64,000 nt of DNA, taken from positions 448,001-512,000 of the forward strand of contig CAWBMP010000005.1 in the NCBI GenBank assembly GCA_963790025.1. Direction: 5' to 3'. Positions 8,942 through 19,265 of this stretch are shown piece by piece (position 1 is the first letter of the stretch; every line of letters begins with the position of its first letter). A program made the position numbers and the translations under genes. Under the pieces are notes generated by a model, which saw only the letters and a program-made list of their open reading frames with translations, searched no databases and was not told where the DNA came from. Source of the DNA: Nitrospirota bacterium. Its GTDB lineage: Bacteria > Nitrospirota > Thermodesulfovibrionia > Thermodesulfovibrionales > Dissulfurispiraceae.

Positions 8942-11900
8942 ATGTTCAGGTCTCTCATAGCATTTTGTCTGAGCCGCCGTGCTATTATTGTTGTCGGCCT
9001 GCTGATGTTTTCAGGCGCCGCGTTTCTCGCTTTTCAAAGGCTCAACATCGAGGCCTATCCGAATCCATCGCCGGTTATCCTGGAGATTACCGCTCAAGCG
9101 CCGGGCCTCTCGGCCGAAGAGATGGAGCGTTACTACACGCGCCCGATTGAAATTGGTCTCTACACGACCCCCGGCATTTCTGTCATCCGGTCAACTTCGT
9201 TTTATGGTCTGTCTTTTGTCCGGGTCGTTTTCAAATATGGGGTGGATTATCACTTCGCCTACAGCCAGGCGGCCATAGCGTTGCAGCAAAATGTCAGCCT
9301 TCCCGGCAATCTGGTGCCCACGATTCAACAGAACAGCGGGACCGGGGAAATCTTTCGTTATCAGGTGGTCGGCCCGAAGCATTTCGGGATAACCAATCTG
9401 CGCACTGTCCAGGATTGGATCGTTGCGCGCCGGCTGTTGACCATTCCGGGTATAGTTGCCGTCAACAGTTGGGGCGGCCCGACAAAGCAGTTCGAGGTCG
9501 AGGTCGATCCGCACAAACTGGAAGCCTACAACGCTACAGTGCCCCAAATCATTACCGCGCTGGGCAACGCCAACATCAACGTGGGCGGACGGGAAATCCG
9601 GATCGGCCAGCAATCCATCAATATCCGCGGCGTCGGACTGATCGACGACGGCGGCAATGATGATTTGACCCAGGGTTGCAAGGTCGATGACATCGAAAAC
9701 GTTGTCCTGACCCAGGCTAACGGCGTTCCGGTGCTGGTAAAGGATGTCGCGAAGGTGCATGTAGGCTATAGGCCGAGGCTCGGAATCTGGGGCCACGACA
9801 TGACAGACGACGCGGTGGCGTCGATCGTGGTGATGAGCCGCACGGAACATGCTCACGACATGCTGCCGAAGGTCAAAGCCGAAATCGCCAGGATGAACGG
9901 CGACGGAAGCCTGCCGCCCGGAGTCAAGCTGGTTCCCTTTTACGATCGCGGGTCTTTGATCAGCGTCACTACCCACACCGTTTTGCACAACCTGATTTTC
10001 GGATGCCTTCTTGTCTTTCTGATCCAATGGATTTTCCTCGGCAATCTCCGCAGCGCAATCATTGTCGGGATGAATATTCCGTTTGCGCTGTTCTTTGCCG
10101 TCATTCTCCTTGTGCTTCAAGGCGAAAGCGCTAACCTGCTCTCGGTCGGCGCAGTTGATTTCGGCATTATCGTGGATTCAGCAGTAATACTGGTCGAGAA
10201 TATATTCCGGAATTTCCAGGGGGAAACGGAAGAAAGACAGCAACTCTCTGGAGCGACCTTGCGCAGGGGCATTTTGGGAACGGACCCGACAGGCCGGCAT
10301 GCATTGTCGGCCACGGTGGACGGACCGGTTGCGCCTGATCTTCATCAGCGCCCTGCAGGTGGACAAGGCGGTTTTCTTTTCGGCCTTAATCACAGTGGCC
10401 GCTTTCGTGCCGCTCTTCACCATGCAGGGAGTCGAGGGGCGATATTCGGCCCAATGGCGCGCACATATGGCTACGCGCTGGCCGGCGCCCTGATCGCAAC
10501 GTTCACAGTCACGCCTGTGCTTGCGTCCTTTCTGCTTCCCGAGGACGTGAAGGAAACTGAGACACTCGTTGTCCGCACACTGCACCGTCTTTACGATCCG
10601 GCGCTGCGTTTCGCGCTCGCCCGCCGTACGATCATGGTGGTGATCGGAATTGTTTTTATTCTGGGGGCCGGATTGCTTGGCTCTGCGGCTTGGAAGCGAA
10701 TTTCTCCCGCAACTCGAAGAAGGCAATTTCTGGATTCGCGCTTCCATGCCGATGACGCTCTCGCTGACAGACGGCGAGGCGGCGACGAGAAAAATGCGGA
10801 TGATTCTCCTGCAATATCCGGAGGTAGTCACCGTGACCTCCCAGCATGGCCGGCCCGACGACGGCAGCGATGCGTCGCCGTTTTCCAACGTCGAGTTATT
10901 CGCAGCCCTCAAGCCGCCTGACCAATGGCCGCAGGGTGTGACCAAGGAGAAACTGACCGAGCAGAGTCAACGCCGAGTTTGAGCGCGAGCTGCCGGGAGT
11001 TAACTTCAACTTCTCCCAATACATCCAGGATAACATCGAGGAGGCCATTTCAGGCGTTAAAGGCGGTCAATTCGGTGAAGATCGTCGGCCCCAATCTCGA
11101 AACCCTGACGAAGCTGGCCGCGCAAGTCCGGGACCAAATGAGCCAGGTCCGCGGCGTTGCCGACCTCGGAATCTTTCCGGTCCTTGGGCAGCCGAATCTG
11201 AACATCAAGGTAGATCGTACTAAAGCTGCACGGTATGGCCTCAATACCGGCGACATCAACTCGGTCATTCAGGCAGCGCTGGGCGGAGCTGTCGCTACGA
11301 CGGTTTTGGAGGGCGATCGCCAGTTCGAGCTGGCTGTCCGGTTCCCGGCCGAAAGCCGGGACAACATCGAAAAAATAAGCAATGTCAAGGTGGCCTATCA
11401 AACGGGCAGCGGCCCCAACGCCTACATTCCCCTGAGTGAACTGGCGACGATCGCAATGGATACGGGGGCAGCCTGGATTTATCACGAGAGCGTGCAGCGC
11501 TTCATTCCCGTCAAGTTCAGTGTTCGCGGGCGCGATTTGGCCGGCACCGTTGCCGAAGCGCAGCAGCGCATCGCAAAGAATTTGAAACTTCCGAACGGCT
11601 ATCGTCTGGTCTGGGCCGGCGAGTACGGGGAACTTCAGGCAGCCAGGAAGCGTCTGGCGATCATAGTGCCAATCAGTCTTGTGCTTATTCTGGGGCTGCT
11701 CTACGCCTTGTTCAGTTCCCTGCTGGAGAGCCTTCTGGCATTGTCCGGGATTCCCTTCGCGATCGCCGGCGGAGTTTTGGCTCTCTATGTTTCCGGTCTC
11801 AATTTCAGCATATCCGCTGCCGTCGGATTTGTCTCGCTCTTTGGTGTGTCCGTCATGAACGGCATTCTGATCATTACCTATTACAATCAGGCAAGGCTTC

Positions 11901-12145
11901 GCGGAGACATGCCCGTGGACGCTATGTTCCACGCCGCATTGACCCGTATGCGGCCGCTGCTGATGACGAGCCTCTCAGCCTGCATAGGGCTGTTACCGGC
12001 AGCAATTTCCAGGGGCATCGGCAGCGAGGTGCAGCGCCCGCTCGCTACTGTAATCGTCGGCGGTATGTTTATCGGCCCGATCATGCTGCTCGTTGTTGTG
12101 CCTGCGCTCAAAATGGTGTTCCTGGGAAAAACAAGTGAAAAGTGA
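8942..12145 (+). pseudogene. CzcA/CusA heavy-metal RND permease with at least five frameshifts (pseudogene or assembly errors)
   Basis: Continuous RND sequence (IEAYPNP, AVDFGIIVDSAVILVENI, EFLPQLEEG, FSQYIQDNIEEAISGVKG, RMRPLLMT) spread over different frames; indels near 10250-10310, 10441, 10680, 10967, 11065. Confidence 0.85.
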
Positions 12146-12263
12146 GAGGTAAAAAGTGAAAAGTGAAAACAAAAAAAATAAAAAGCCGGAACTGGTAAGT
12201 GATCAGTCTAATTCTTTGCTTGTCAATTGTTGCTTTTCACTTTTAACTTTTAACTTCTTACTT
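12133..12263. repeat. Heptamer tandem-repeat palindrome overlapping czcA stop and start/signal peptide of the next gene
   Basis: Five units AAGTGAA/AAGTGAG/AGGTAAA/AAGTGAA/AAGTGAA at 12133..12167; four units TTCACTT/TTAACTT/TTAACTT/CTTACTT at 12236..12263. Confidence 0.85.
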
Positions 12264-13700
12264 GTCTTCGGTTGCGCCTTGGGTCCCGACTTCCGCAGGC
12301 CGACCTTACCTGCCATCGACGGTTATACGCCTCAGCCGCTGACTGCGACATCATCTGCTGCCGACCTGGCAAGCGGCGAGAGACAGCGATTTGCGATGGG
12401 TACGGACATTCCGCAACAGTGGTGGGCATTGTTTAAGTCGCCGGAGCTCAACGCGCTGGTCGAAAAATCGCTCAAGGCCAACCCGACGATAGACGCAGCG
12501 AAGGCAGCCTTGCGTCAGGCCCGGGAGAACGTCTATGCCCAGCAGGGCTATTACTATCCTTCAGTCCAGGCGGGTGCTTCAGTCAGCCGTGCAAAGGACC
12601 CGGGCACTATTGCGCCGGTATTGAGTTCAGGGGAAGAACCCTACAATCTCCGTACTGCACAGGTGAGTGTGGGCTTCACACCTGACGTGTTCGGCGGCAA
12701 CCGGCGGCAGGTGGAATCCCTGAATGCCCAGGCCGATTTTCAACGCTTCCAGCTCGAGGCGACTTATCTTGCGCTGACTTCGAACGTGGTTGCCGCGGCC
12801 ATCCAGGAAGCTTCATTGCGCTCTCAGATTTCCGCTACTCTCGACATCATCAAGGTCGAAACTGTGATGGTAGATCAGCTGCGCCGACAGTTCGATCTCG
12901 GGTATGTTGCCGGGCTCGATGTGGCTGTGCAGGAAGCGGCCCTTGCCCAGGTGCAGCAAACCTTGCCGCTACTGCAGAAGCAACTGGCACAAACTCGCGA
13001 TTTGCTTGCGGCCCTTGCCGGCACTTTCCCGAACCAGGAACTCGATGAAAAGTTCGAGCTCGAGGCGCTTAGCCTTCCCCAGGAACTTCCCGTCAGCCTT
13101 CCCTCCAGGCTGGTGGAGCAAAGGCCTGACGTGCGCGCTGCCGAGGAGCAAATGCATGCTGCCAGCGCCCAGGTCGGAGTTGCAGTCGCCGCTATGCTGC
13201 CGAATATCACCCTGAGCGCCAATTTGGGCAGCACCGCCACTATTATTAATAAATTGTTTACGCCGGGCACCGGCTTCTGGGGCCTGGCCGCCGATATCAC
13301 TCAACCTGTCTTCGAGGGGGGCACGTTGCTGCACAGGAAACGGGCCGCTGAAGCGGGCCTGGATCAGGCTGAGGCGCAGTACCGCAGCACGGTCATCGCC
13401 GCCTTCCAAAACGTGGCGGACACGCTGCATGCGCTCCAATCCGATGCCGATGCCCTGAAAGCTGCCGAAGCTTTCGAACAGGCCACGAGGCGGAGCCTCG
13501 ACCTTGCACGCCGGCAATTCGAACTTGGCTACGTTAATTACTTATCATTTCTTTCCGCCGAGCAGACTTACCAGCAGGCAGTGATCAATACAGTACAGGC
13601 CCAGGCCAACCGTTATGCAGACACTGCAGCTTTATTTATGGCGCTCGGCGGCGGCTGGTGGAACCGGTCCGATAAACCCGGCGCGGAATCAAGGCAATAA
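12156..13700 (+). CDS. NodT/OprM-family efflux outer-membrane lipoprotein
   Basis: GCALGPDF lipobox, LPSRLVEQRPDVRAAE, AFQNVADTL, ALGGGWW. Confidence 0.93.
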   Translation: MKSENKKNKKPELVSDQSNSLLVNCCFSLLTFNFLLVFGCALGPDFRRPTLPAIDGYTPQPLTATSSAADLASGERQRFAMGTDIPQQWWALFKSPELNALVEKSLKANPTIDAAKAALRQARENVYAQQGYYYPSVQAGASVSRAKDPGTIAPVLSSGEEPYNLRTAQVSVGFTPDVFGGNRRQVESLNAQADFQRFQLEATYLALTSNVVAAAIQEASLRSQISATLDIIKVETVMVDQLRRQFDLGYVAGLDVAVQEAALAQVQQTLPLLQKQLAQTRDLLAALAGTFPNQELDEKFELEALSLPQELPVSLPSRLVEQRPDVRAAEEQMHAASAQVGVAVAAMLPNITLSANLGSTATIINKLFTPGTGFWGLAADITQPVFEGGTLLHRKRAAEAGLDQAEAQYRSTVIAAFQNVADTLHALQSDADALKAAEAFEQATRRSLDLARRQFELGYVNYLSFLSAEQTYQQAVINTVQAQANRYADTAALFMALGGGWWNRSDKPGAESRQ

Positions 13701-13794
13701 TTAACGTCGCCGTAATAATATTGTTTTTGTTATAATGACGAATATTTTTTGGAGTTTACGACGAATACTGTTCGCTAAAATGGATCGACTTGGG

Positions 13795-13827
13795 CTTAAC
13801 ATTCCCGTAACATTCTTTTGTTACAGT
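13795..13827 (+). promoter_or_regulatory. Tandem box plus extended -10 upstream of the second RND operon
   Basis: TAACATTC repeated with 11-bp period (13797, 13808); CGTAA then 11 nt then TACAGT, preceded by TGn. Confidence 0.55.
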
Positions 13828-13897
13828 AAATTGTTATTATATGGAGTTTAAGACGAAGAACATTCTATCAGACTAAATTCATTGCTTCACGAAAGGC

Positions 13898-15145
13898 ATG
13901 TTCCGTTCAATTAAATATATATCTATTCTCATAGTGTTATCCCTGATGACCAACGTTTGCCTATCGCTGCCGGTTGCTGCCGAGGATGAGGTTAGCCTTG
14001 ATCAGGCGGTAGAACAATTTTATAAGAACAATTTTGACGTGCTTATAAGCAAGTATGAGATCGACAAGGCATATGGGGATTATATAGGGTCACGCCTGCG
14101 TCCAAACCCGAATTTGAGCTTTAACTACACATTTATACAGCTTAAGGATTTCCCGCATGCAGGCGATAATACGCAAACCGTTACAAGAATCGACCAGTTG
14201 ATCGAGCTCGGTGGTAAAAGGGGATTGAGGACCGGTGCGGCATCCGAAACCCTGGAATCTTCAAAATTGTCTCAAAAAGATACTGTGAGGACGCTGCTCA
14301 TAGGTTTTTACACAGTTTTCTTCAATCTTAATACGGATATGCTCAACGTGGATGAGGCGCGGGAAATGCTGGAGAGATTCGACAAGATATTTGCGGTCGG
14401 CGAGAAGCGCTATCAGGCCGGTTTTTTAACACTGCTCGATTATACCAAGCTGAAGCTGGGAAGAATCGATTTCGAAAACAGCCTTGCCGGCCTTGAAACC
14501 CAGTTCAGGAACGATACTGAACAGTTCAGCTTGCTTCTTGGAAGCGCAGGACCCATGAAACCAGCCCTTCAGGTCCGGGAAGATTTCAATACCTATACGG
14601 AACAAGACCTCCTCAAGAGTGCTTATCAATACCGGTACGATCTCCTCTCGGTTGAGAAGCAGTTGAAGGCATCGGAATTTGCGGGGCAGCTTGCGAAAGC
14701 CAAGGCAGTGCCGGACATTACAGTGGGGGCAGAATTCGAAACAATAACGGCAAGGAACACGCCGGGAGTCGGCTTCGGCGTCAGTTTACCTCTTCCGCTA
14801 TTCAACAGGAACCAGGGCGAGATAGCCAGGAGGCAGGCAGAATATAGTCAGCTTGAATTACAGAAGGACAAAGTGAAGCGGCAGATTGTTTCCGATGTCC
14901 GTCAGGCCCTGAACAATTATTCCGGATCGATAAATATCTTTGAAGCCTTCAAGACGAGAAAAAATGACATGAAGGAGTTGATGTCAAAGAGCGAAAAGGC
15001 CTTTTCCCTGGGCGGGATTACCGTGCTCGATCTGCTTGATACCGAGAAGACATACAGAGATTTCATGGTAAAGTACAACCAGTCACTTGTTCAGGTCAAT
15101 CTTAACAGGCAACTCTTAAAGGTTTATACAGGAGAGATGAAGTGA
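13898..15145 (+). CDS. TolC/CzcC-family outer-membrane protein
   Basis: PNPNL, QLIELGGKR, LPLPLFNRNQGEI motifs; signal peptide. Confidence 0.92.
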   Translation: MFRSIKYISILIVLSLMTNVCLSLPVAAEDEVSLDQAVEQFYKNNFDVLISKYEIDKAYGDYIGSRLRPNPNLSFNYTFIQLKDFPHAGDNTQTVTRIDQLIELGGKRGLRTGAASETLESSKLSQKDTVRTLLIGFYTVFFNLNTDMLNVDEAREMLERFDKIFAVGEKRYQAGFLTLLDYTKLKLGRIDFENSLAGLETQFRNDTEQFSLLLGSAGPMKPALQVREDFNTYTEQDLLKSAYQYRYDLLSVEKQLKASEFAGQLAKAKAVPDITVGAEFETITARNTPGVGFGVSLPLPLFNRNQGEIARRQAEYSQLELQKDKVKRQIVSDVRQALNNYSGSINIFEAFKTRKNDMKELMSKSEKAFSLGGITVLDLLDTEKTYRDFMVKYNQSLVQVNLNRQLLKVYTGEMK

Positions 15146-16191
15146 AAAAAACGGCGCTTATGCTGCTGATTTTAATGCTGTCCGGCTTAATTATGTTCGG
15201 CTGTTCCGGGGACGATCCTTACAAAAAGGAAACAAAGGAAGCATTGCATACCTATAAGGTGACGTTCCAGAAAGTGCAATCTTTTATAGAGGCGACGGGC
15301 TCAGTCCAGGCCGATGTGGAGGGAGGAGCAAAAATAGTTTCTCCGTTGCAGGGAACGGTGGAAAAAATCCTCGTAAAGATTGGTGACAGGGTAAAAAAGG
15401 GTACCCCGCTCATAGCATTAAGAAGTTCCGACGTGAGCGATGCGCATGCGAGTTACCTTTCGGCAATGGCCGAGCTGAGTCAGGCGGACCGGGTATATAA
15501 ATTGAATAAGCAGCTATTTGAAATCGGCGCAGTCACGAAGAACGATCTGCTTAACAGCGAGGCGAATTATGAACAGGCGAGGGCACTGGCGGAAGGCCTG
15601 AAAAAGAAGCTCGACATATACGGCGTATCCGGCGATACTATTCATGACACTCTCATCATCAGGGCGCCTATCGATGGGTCGGTTGCTGACCTCCAGGCCC
15701 ATATCGGCGACAGGTTCGACACAAGCACGCCGCTGATTACAATTGCCGACCCCGGCAAGACAGTGGTTGTTGCTAATATTTATGACACGGATGCAATGAA
15801 GATCCAGAAGGGCAGGGAGGTCGCCTTCTATGCCGATATCTTTCCGGATACCGTCTTTAAAGGTGTCATCTCGTATATAAGCGATGTCGAGGACATGGAC
15901 TCAAAGACTATCAAGACATATATCAAAAATGTAAGCGGCAAGGGCCTCTTCAGGCAGAATATGTTTTTAAAGATCAGGATACTCGCAGGGGAAAAGCTGC
16001 TCCCGATGGTCCCGAAAACAGCCCTTATCTTCAAGGACGGGAAGTTCTATGTGAACAGGAAAAGGGGTGAAAAGTTTGAGCTTCTTGAGGTCAAACCTGC
16101 GGGCAGCACTACGGACAAGCTGATGGCCGTTGAAGGACTGAGCGAGGGAGACGAGATCGCTTACTCGGCAATAGACCTGGAGAAGCCATGA
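15142..16191 (+). CDS. RND efflux periplasmic adaptor
   Basis: Lipobox FGC, SPLQGTV..IGDRVKKG, IRAPIDG. Confidence 0.92.
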   Translation: MKKTALMLLILMLSGLIMFGCSGDDPYKKETKEALHTYKVTFQKVQSFIEATGSVQADVEGGAKIVSPLQGTVEKILVKIGDRVKKGTPLIALRSSDVSDAHASYLSAMAELSQADRVYKLNKQLFEIGAVTKNDLLNSEANYEQARALAEGLKKKLDIYGVSGDTIHDTLIIRAPIDGSVADLQAHIGDRFDTSTPLITIADPGKTVVVANIYDTDAMKIQKGREVAFYADIFPDTVFKGVISYISDVEDMDSKTIKTYIKNVSGKGLFRQNMFLKIRILAGEKLLPMVPKTALIFKDGKFYVNRKRGEKFELLEVKPAGSTTDKLMAVEGLSEGDEIAYSAIDLEKP

Positions 16192-19100
16192 GGAAATGGG
16201 TTGTTTTTGTAAGTGAACACAGCCTGCTTTTCCTGCTTGTAATAGCATCGGCGTTTGTTCTTTCCCTTTTTTTTGTGAAGAACCTTAATGTGGAGGCGTT
16301 TCCGGATCCCGCCCCACCCATTGTCGAAATCGTCACTATTTATGAAGGCAGGTCGGCGGAAGAAGTCGAAAGGCAGATAACCATCCAGCTCGAGGTCGCA
16401 CTTGCAGGGATGGAGGGTCTCGAAAAGATCAACACCATATCACTCTATGGACTTTCGGATATCAAATGCAAATTCTCTTACGGGACAGATTTCAGGAAAG
16501 CGAAACAGGAGGCCCTAAACAGGCTCGCGACCGTGACACTGCCGGATAATATATCTCCATCGATTATACCCAATCCTTTTGGAGAGATTATGAGATACAG
16601 GGTAACAGGCTCAAATAATCTTATGGAGCTCAGGACAATCCAGGACTGGACGATTGCAAGATTTTTGAAGACGGCTGAGGGAGTCGAAGACGTTTCGAGT
16701 TACGGCGGTTATATAAAGACCTATACTGTTACGGTAGCTCCCGAAAGTCTCATTAAATACGGTCTGACACTTTCCCAGGTCACAGATTCCTTATCGAAGT
16801 CCAACCTGAATGTCGGCGGCAGGGTCGTCGAAATGGGCGACCAGTATTATATGGTAAGGGGGTTGGGACTGATTAATAGTCTGAGTGACATAGAGAATGC
16901 GCTTGTTGTATCCAAGAATGGAAAGCCTGTCCTTATAAAAAATGTAGCACAGGTTGAAATCGGCAGCGTGCCGAGAACGGGTATAACAGGATTGAATAAT
17001 AATGATGAAATTGTTTGGGGAAATGTTATCCTGCGAAAAGATGCCAAGAGCATACCTTCCATAAAAGCGGTGCATGAAAGAATAAAGGAACTGAACGGGC
17101 GTATCCTGCCCAAGGGGATTAAAGTGGTACCCTTTTATGAAAGGTGGGACCTTATAATAACTGTTGTGACGAAGGTCGCAGAGACAGCTTCTGTAGGAAT
17201 CACGCTGGTAGCCGTCGCGCTGTTTATATTCCTCGGGAACATAAGGGTGGCAATTATAACTGCCATTATAATACCGGTTTCTCTTATTATAACCCTTGCA
17301 GTTATGGCCCTCAGGGGAGAATCAGCCAACCTGCTGTCCATCAGCGCTATAGATTTCGGCATCATTGCGGACATCCCGCTCATTTTGATAGAAGATTATT
17401 TCAGACTTACAAAGAAACGGGGTCCCGGTTTCAGTCCCATGATAAAGGCCTCCGAGGAGGTAGGGAGACCTATACTTTTTTCGGTGATAGTTATCCTTCT
17501 TGCCTTTATCCCTATCTTCATGATGAAGGGGGCCGAAGCCCAGATATTTAACCCTATGGCAAAGACCTATCTTTATGCTATATCCTTCACTTTGGTGCTC
17601 ACGTTTTCCTATCTCATTGCGGCAAGAAGACGTTTTCTCAGGCACGCGGAAGACAGGGAATTCAGGTTCATTTCAGTCCTGAGAGACAAGTATGTGGAAC
17701 TGATTAAATTGTTGCTCAGGAATTCTAAAAGCGTCCTTTTGATCATTTCCATTGTGGTGATGATCGGATTGGTACTGGGTATGAAGACTGTGGGCAGCCA
17801 GTTTCTACCGAAGATGGACGAGGGGAATGTGTATGCCAGGATAACCTTTCCCTATTCAATATCTCTGAACAAGACATACGAAAACGCCAAAAAGGCGAGG
17901 GACCTCTTTCTGAAACTTCCCGAGGTCCAGAGTGTCGAGTTTCAGGTTGGAAGGCCTGAGGACGGAACAGACCCTACCGGACCCTTCAATTCCGAATACT
18001 ATATCGGACTGAAACCATACGGCTCATGGAAAAGCGGCCTGACCAAGGAGAAGTTCGAAGACCGGACGAGAGAAAAGTTGAAAAAGCTTTTTCCGAATGC
18101 CGATATCAACATGTCGCAATATATAGAGGACAATCTTGAGGAAGTAATGTCCGGGGTGAAGGGCGAAAACTCTGTAAAGATATTTGGCGATGACCTTGCG
18201 GAGCTCGACAATATTGCAAAAGGCGTTGCCGAGGGGCTGGAAAAAACCGCAGGCTCAGAGGATATCGGAATATTACGGGAACTTGGACAGCCCAATCTTT
18301 TGATACAGGTCAGCAGGGAAAATGCGTCTGCCCTCGGGTTGACGGTGCAGGACATACTCGATACCGTTTCTGCCGCACTTGGCGGGAAAGAAGTCAGCAG
18401 GATAATAGAAGGAGACAGGAATTTTTCACTCATGGTAAGCCTCCCGTCTTTTTACAAGAAAGAGCCTGACAAGATAAACAGCCTGCCCATTGTATTGCCT
18501 AACGGAGGCCTTGTCGCGCTCTCAAGGATCGCAAATATACGCTATGATACCGGGGCATCATTTATTTACCGGGAAGATTTCAGGAGATACATACCGGTAA
18601 AGTTCTCTGTTACATCCAAAGACCTCGGAGGGACCGTTGAGCGCGCACAGAGGGCAGTTGCTCATATAAAACTGCCTGAAGGTTATTACATGGAATGGAG
18701 CGGGATGTTCAACGAAATGAAGGAGTCATTCAAGAGGTTCTATGTCTCGATCCCCATCGCCCTCTTCCTTATTCTTGCAGTCCTCTACCTGCTTTACAGG
18801 TCTGTGCGGAATGTGCTCATTATCATGGTTGCTCCGCTTTTTGCAGTATTGGCCGGTCTGATGAGCCTGCTTGTAACAGGTGAATCCATGAGTGTCTCAT
18901 CTATCGTCGGCTTCATATCGATTATTGGCGTTTCGGTGCTTAATGCGTCCATACTCATAGGCCATTTCATCAAGCTTGTTCTTAATGGTATGGAAAAAGA
19001 AGAAGCCATACTTCAAGCTGTCTCCGACAAATTCAGGCCGATACTTATGGCCGGTTTTGTCGCTTCACTCGGTCTCCTGCCTGCCTCGCTCTCCCACGGG

Positions 19101-19226
19101 GTCGGAAGTCAGGTTCAGAAACCATTGGCTATCGTAGTGGTAGGCGGAATGTTTATAGGTACCGCGATGATCCTTTCGATCCTGCCGCTGCTGCTGCGGT
19201 TCGTGCAGACCGAGGAATACCGGTAA
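16188..19226 (+). CDS. CzcA/CusA heavy-metal RND permease (intact)
   Basis: VEAFPDP, ANLLSISAIDFGIIAD, QFLPKMDEG, RPILMA, QKPLAIVVVGG; 1012 aa. Confidence 0.95.
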   Translation: MRKWVVFVSEHSLLFLLVIASAFVLSLFFVKNLNVEAFPDPAPPIVEIVTIYEGRSAEEVERQITIQLEVALAGMEGLEKINTISLYGLSDIKCKFSYGTDFRKAKQEALNRLATVTLPDNISPSIIPNPFGEIMRYRVTGSNNLMELRTIQDWTIARFLKTAEGVEDVSSYGGYIKTYTVTVAPESLIKYGLTLSQVTDSLSKSNLNVGGRVVEMGDQYYMVRGLGLINSLSDIENALVVSKNGKPVLIKNVAQVEIGSVPRTGITGLNNNDEIVWGNVILRKDAKSIPSIKAVHERIKELNGRILPKGIKVVPFYERWDLIITVVTKVAETASVGITLVAVALFIFLGNIRVAIITAIIIPVSLIITLAVMALRGESANLLSISAIDFGIIADIPLILIEDYFRLTKKRGPGFSPMIKASEEVGRPILFSVIVILLAFIPIFMMKGAEAQIFNPMAKTYLYAISFTLVLTFSYLIAARRRFLRHAEDREFRFISVLRDKYVELIKLLLRNSKSVLLIISIVVMIGLVLGMKTVGSQFLPKMDEGNVYARITFPYSISLNKTYENAKKARDLFLKLPEVQSVEFQVGRPEDGTDPTGPFNSEYYIGLKPYGSWKSGLTKEKFEDRTREKLKKLFPNADINMSQYIEDNLEEVMSGVKGENSVKIFGDDLAELDNIAKGVAEGLEKTAGSEDIGILRELGQPNLLIQVSRENASALGLTVQDILDTVSAALGGKEVSRIIEGDRNFSLMVSLPSFYKKEPDKINSLPIVLPNGGLVALSRIANIRYDTGASFIYREDFRRYIPVKFSVTSKDLGGTVERAQRAVAHIKLPEGYYMEWSGMFNEMKESFKRFYVSIPIALFLILAVLYLLYRSVRNVLIIMVAPLFAVLAGLMSLLVTGESMSVSSIVGFISIIGVSVLNASILIGHFIKLVLNGMEKEEAILQAVSDKFRPILMAGFVASLGLLPASLSHGVGSQVQKPLAIVVVGGMFIGTAMILSILPLLLRFVQTEEYR

Positions 19227-19265
19227 TTGACTTGTCTTAATTCTGCTGAGTATAATCAACATCTT
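19227..19265 (+). promoter_or_regulatory. Sigma70-type promoter of lysS, near-leaderless
   Basis: TTGACT-18 nt-TATAAT-9 nt-ATG(19266); no SD. Confidence 0.65.

Noticed and set aside
10240..11070. Programmed frameshifting in czcA
   Set aside because: Too many shifts in both directions and no slippery sequences
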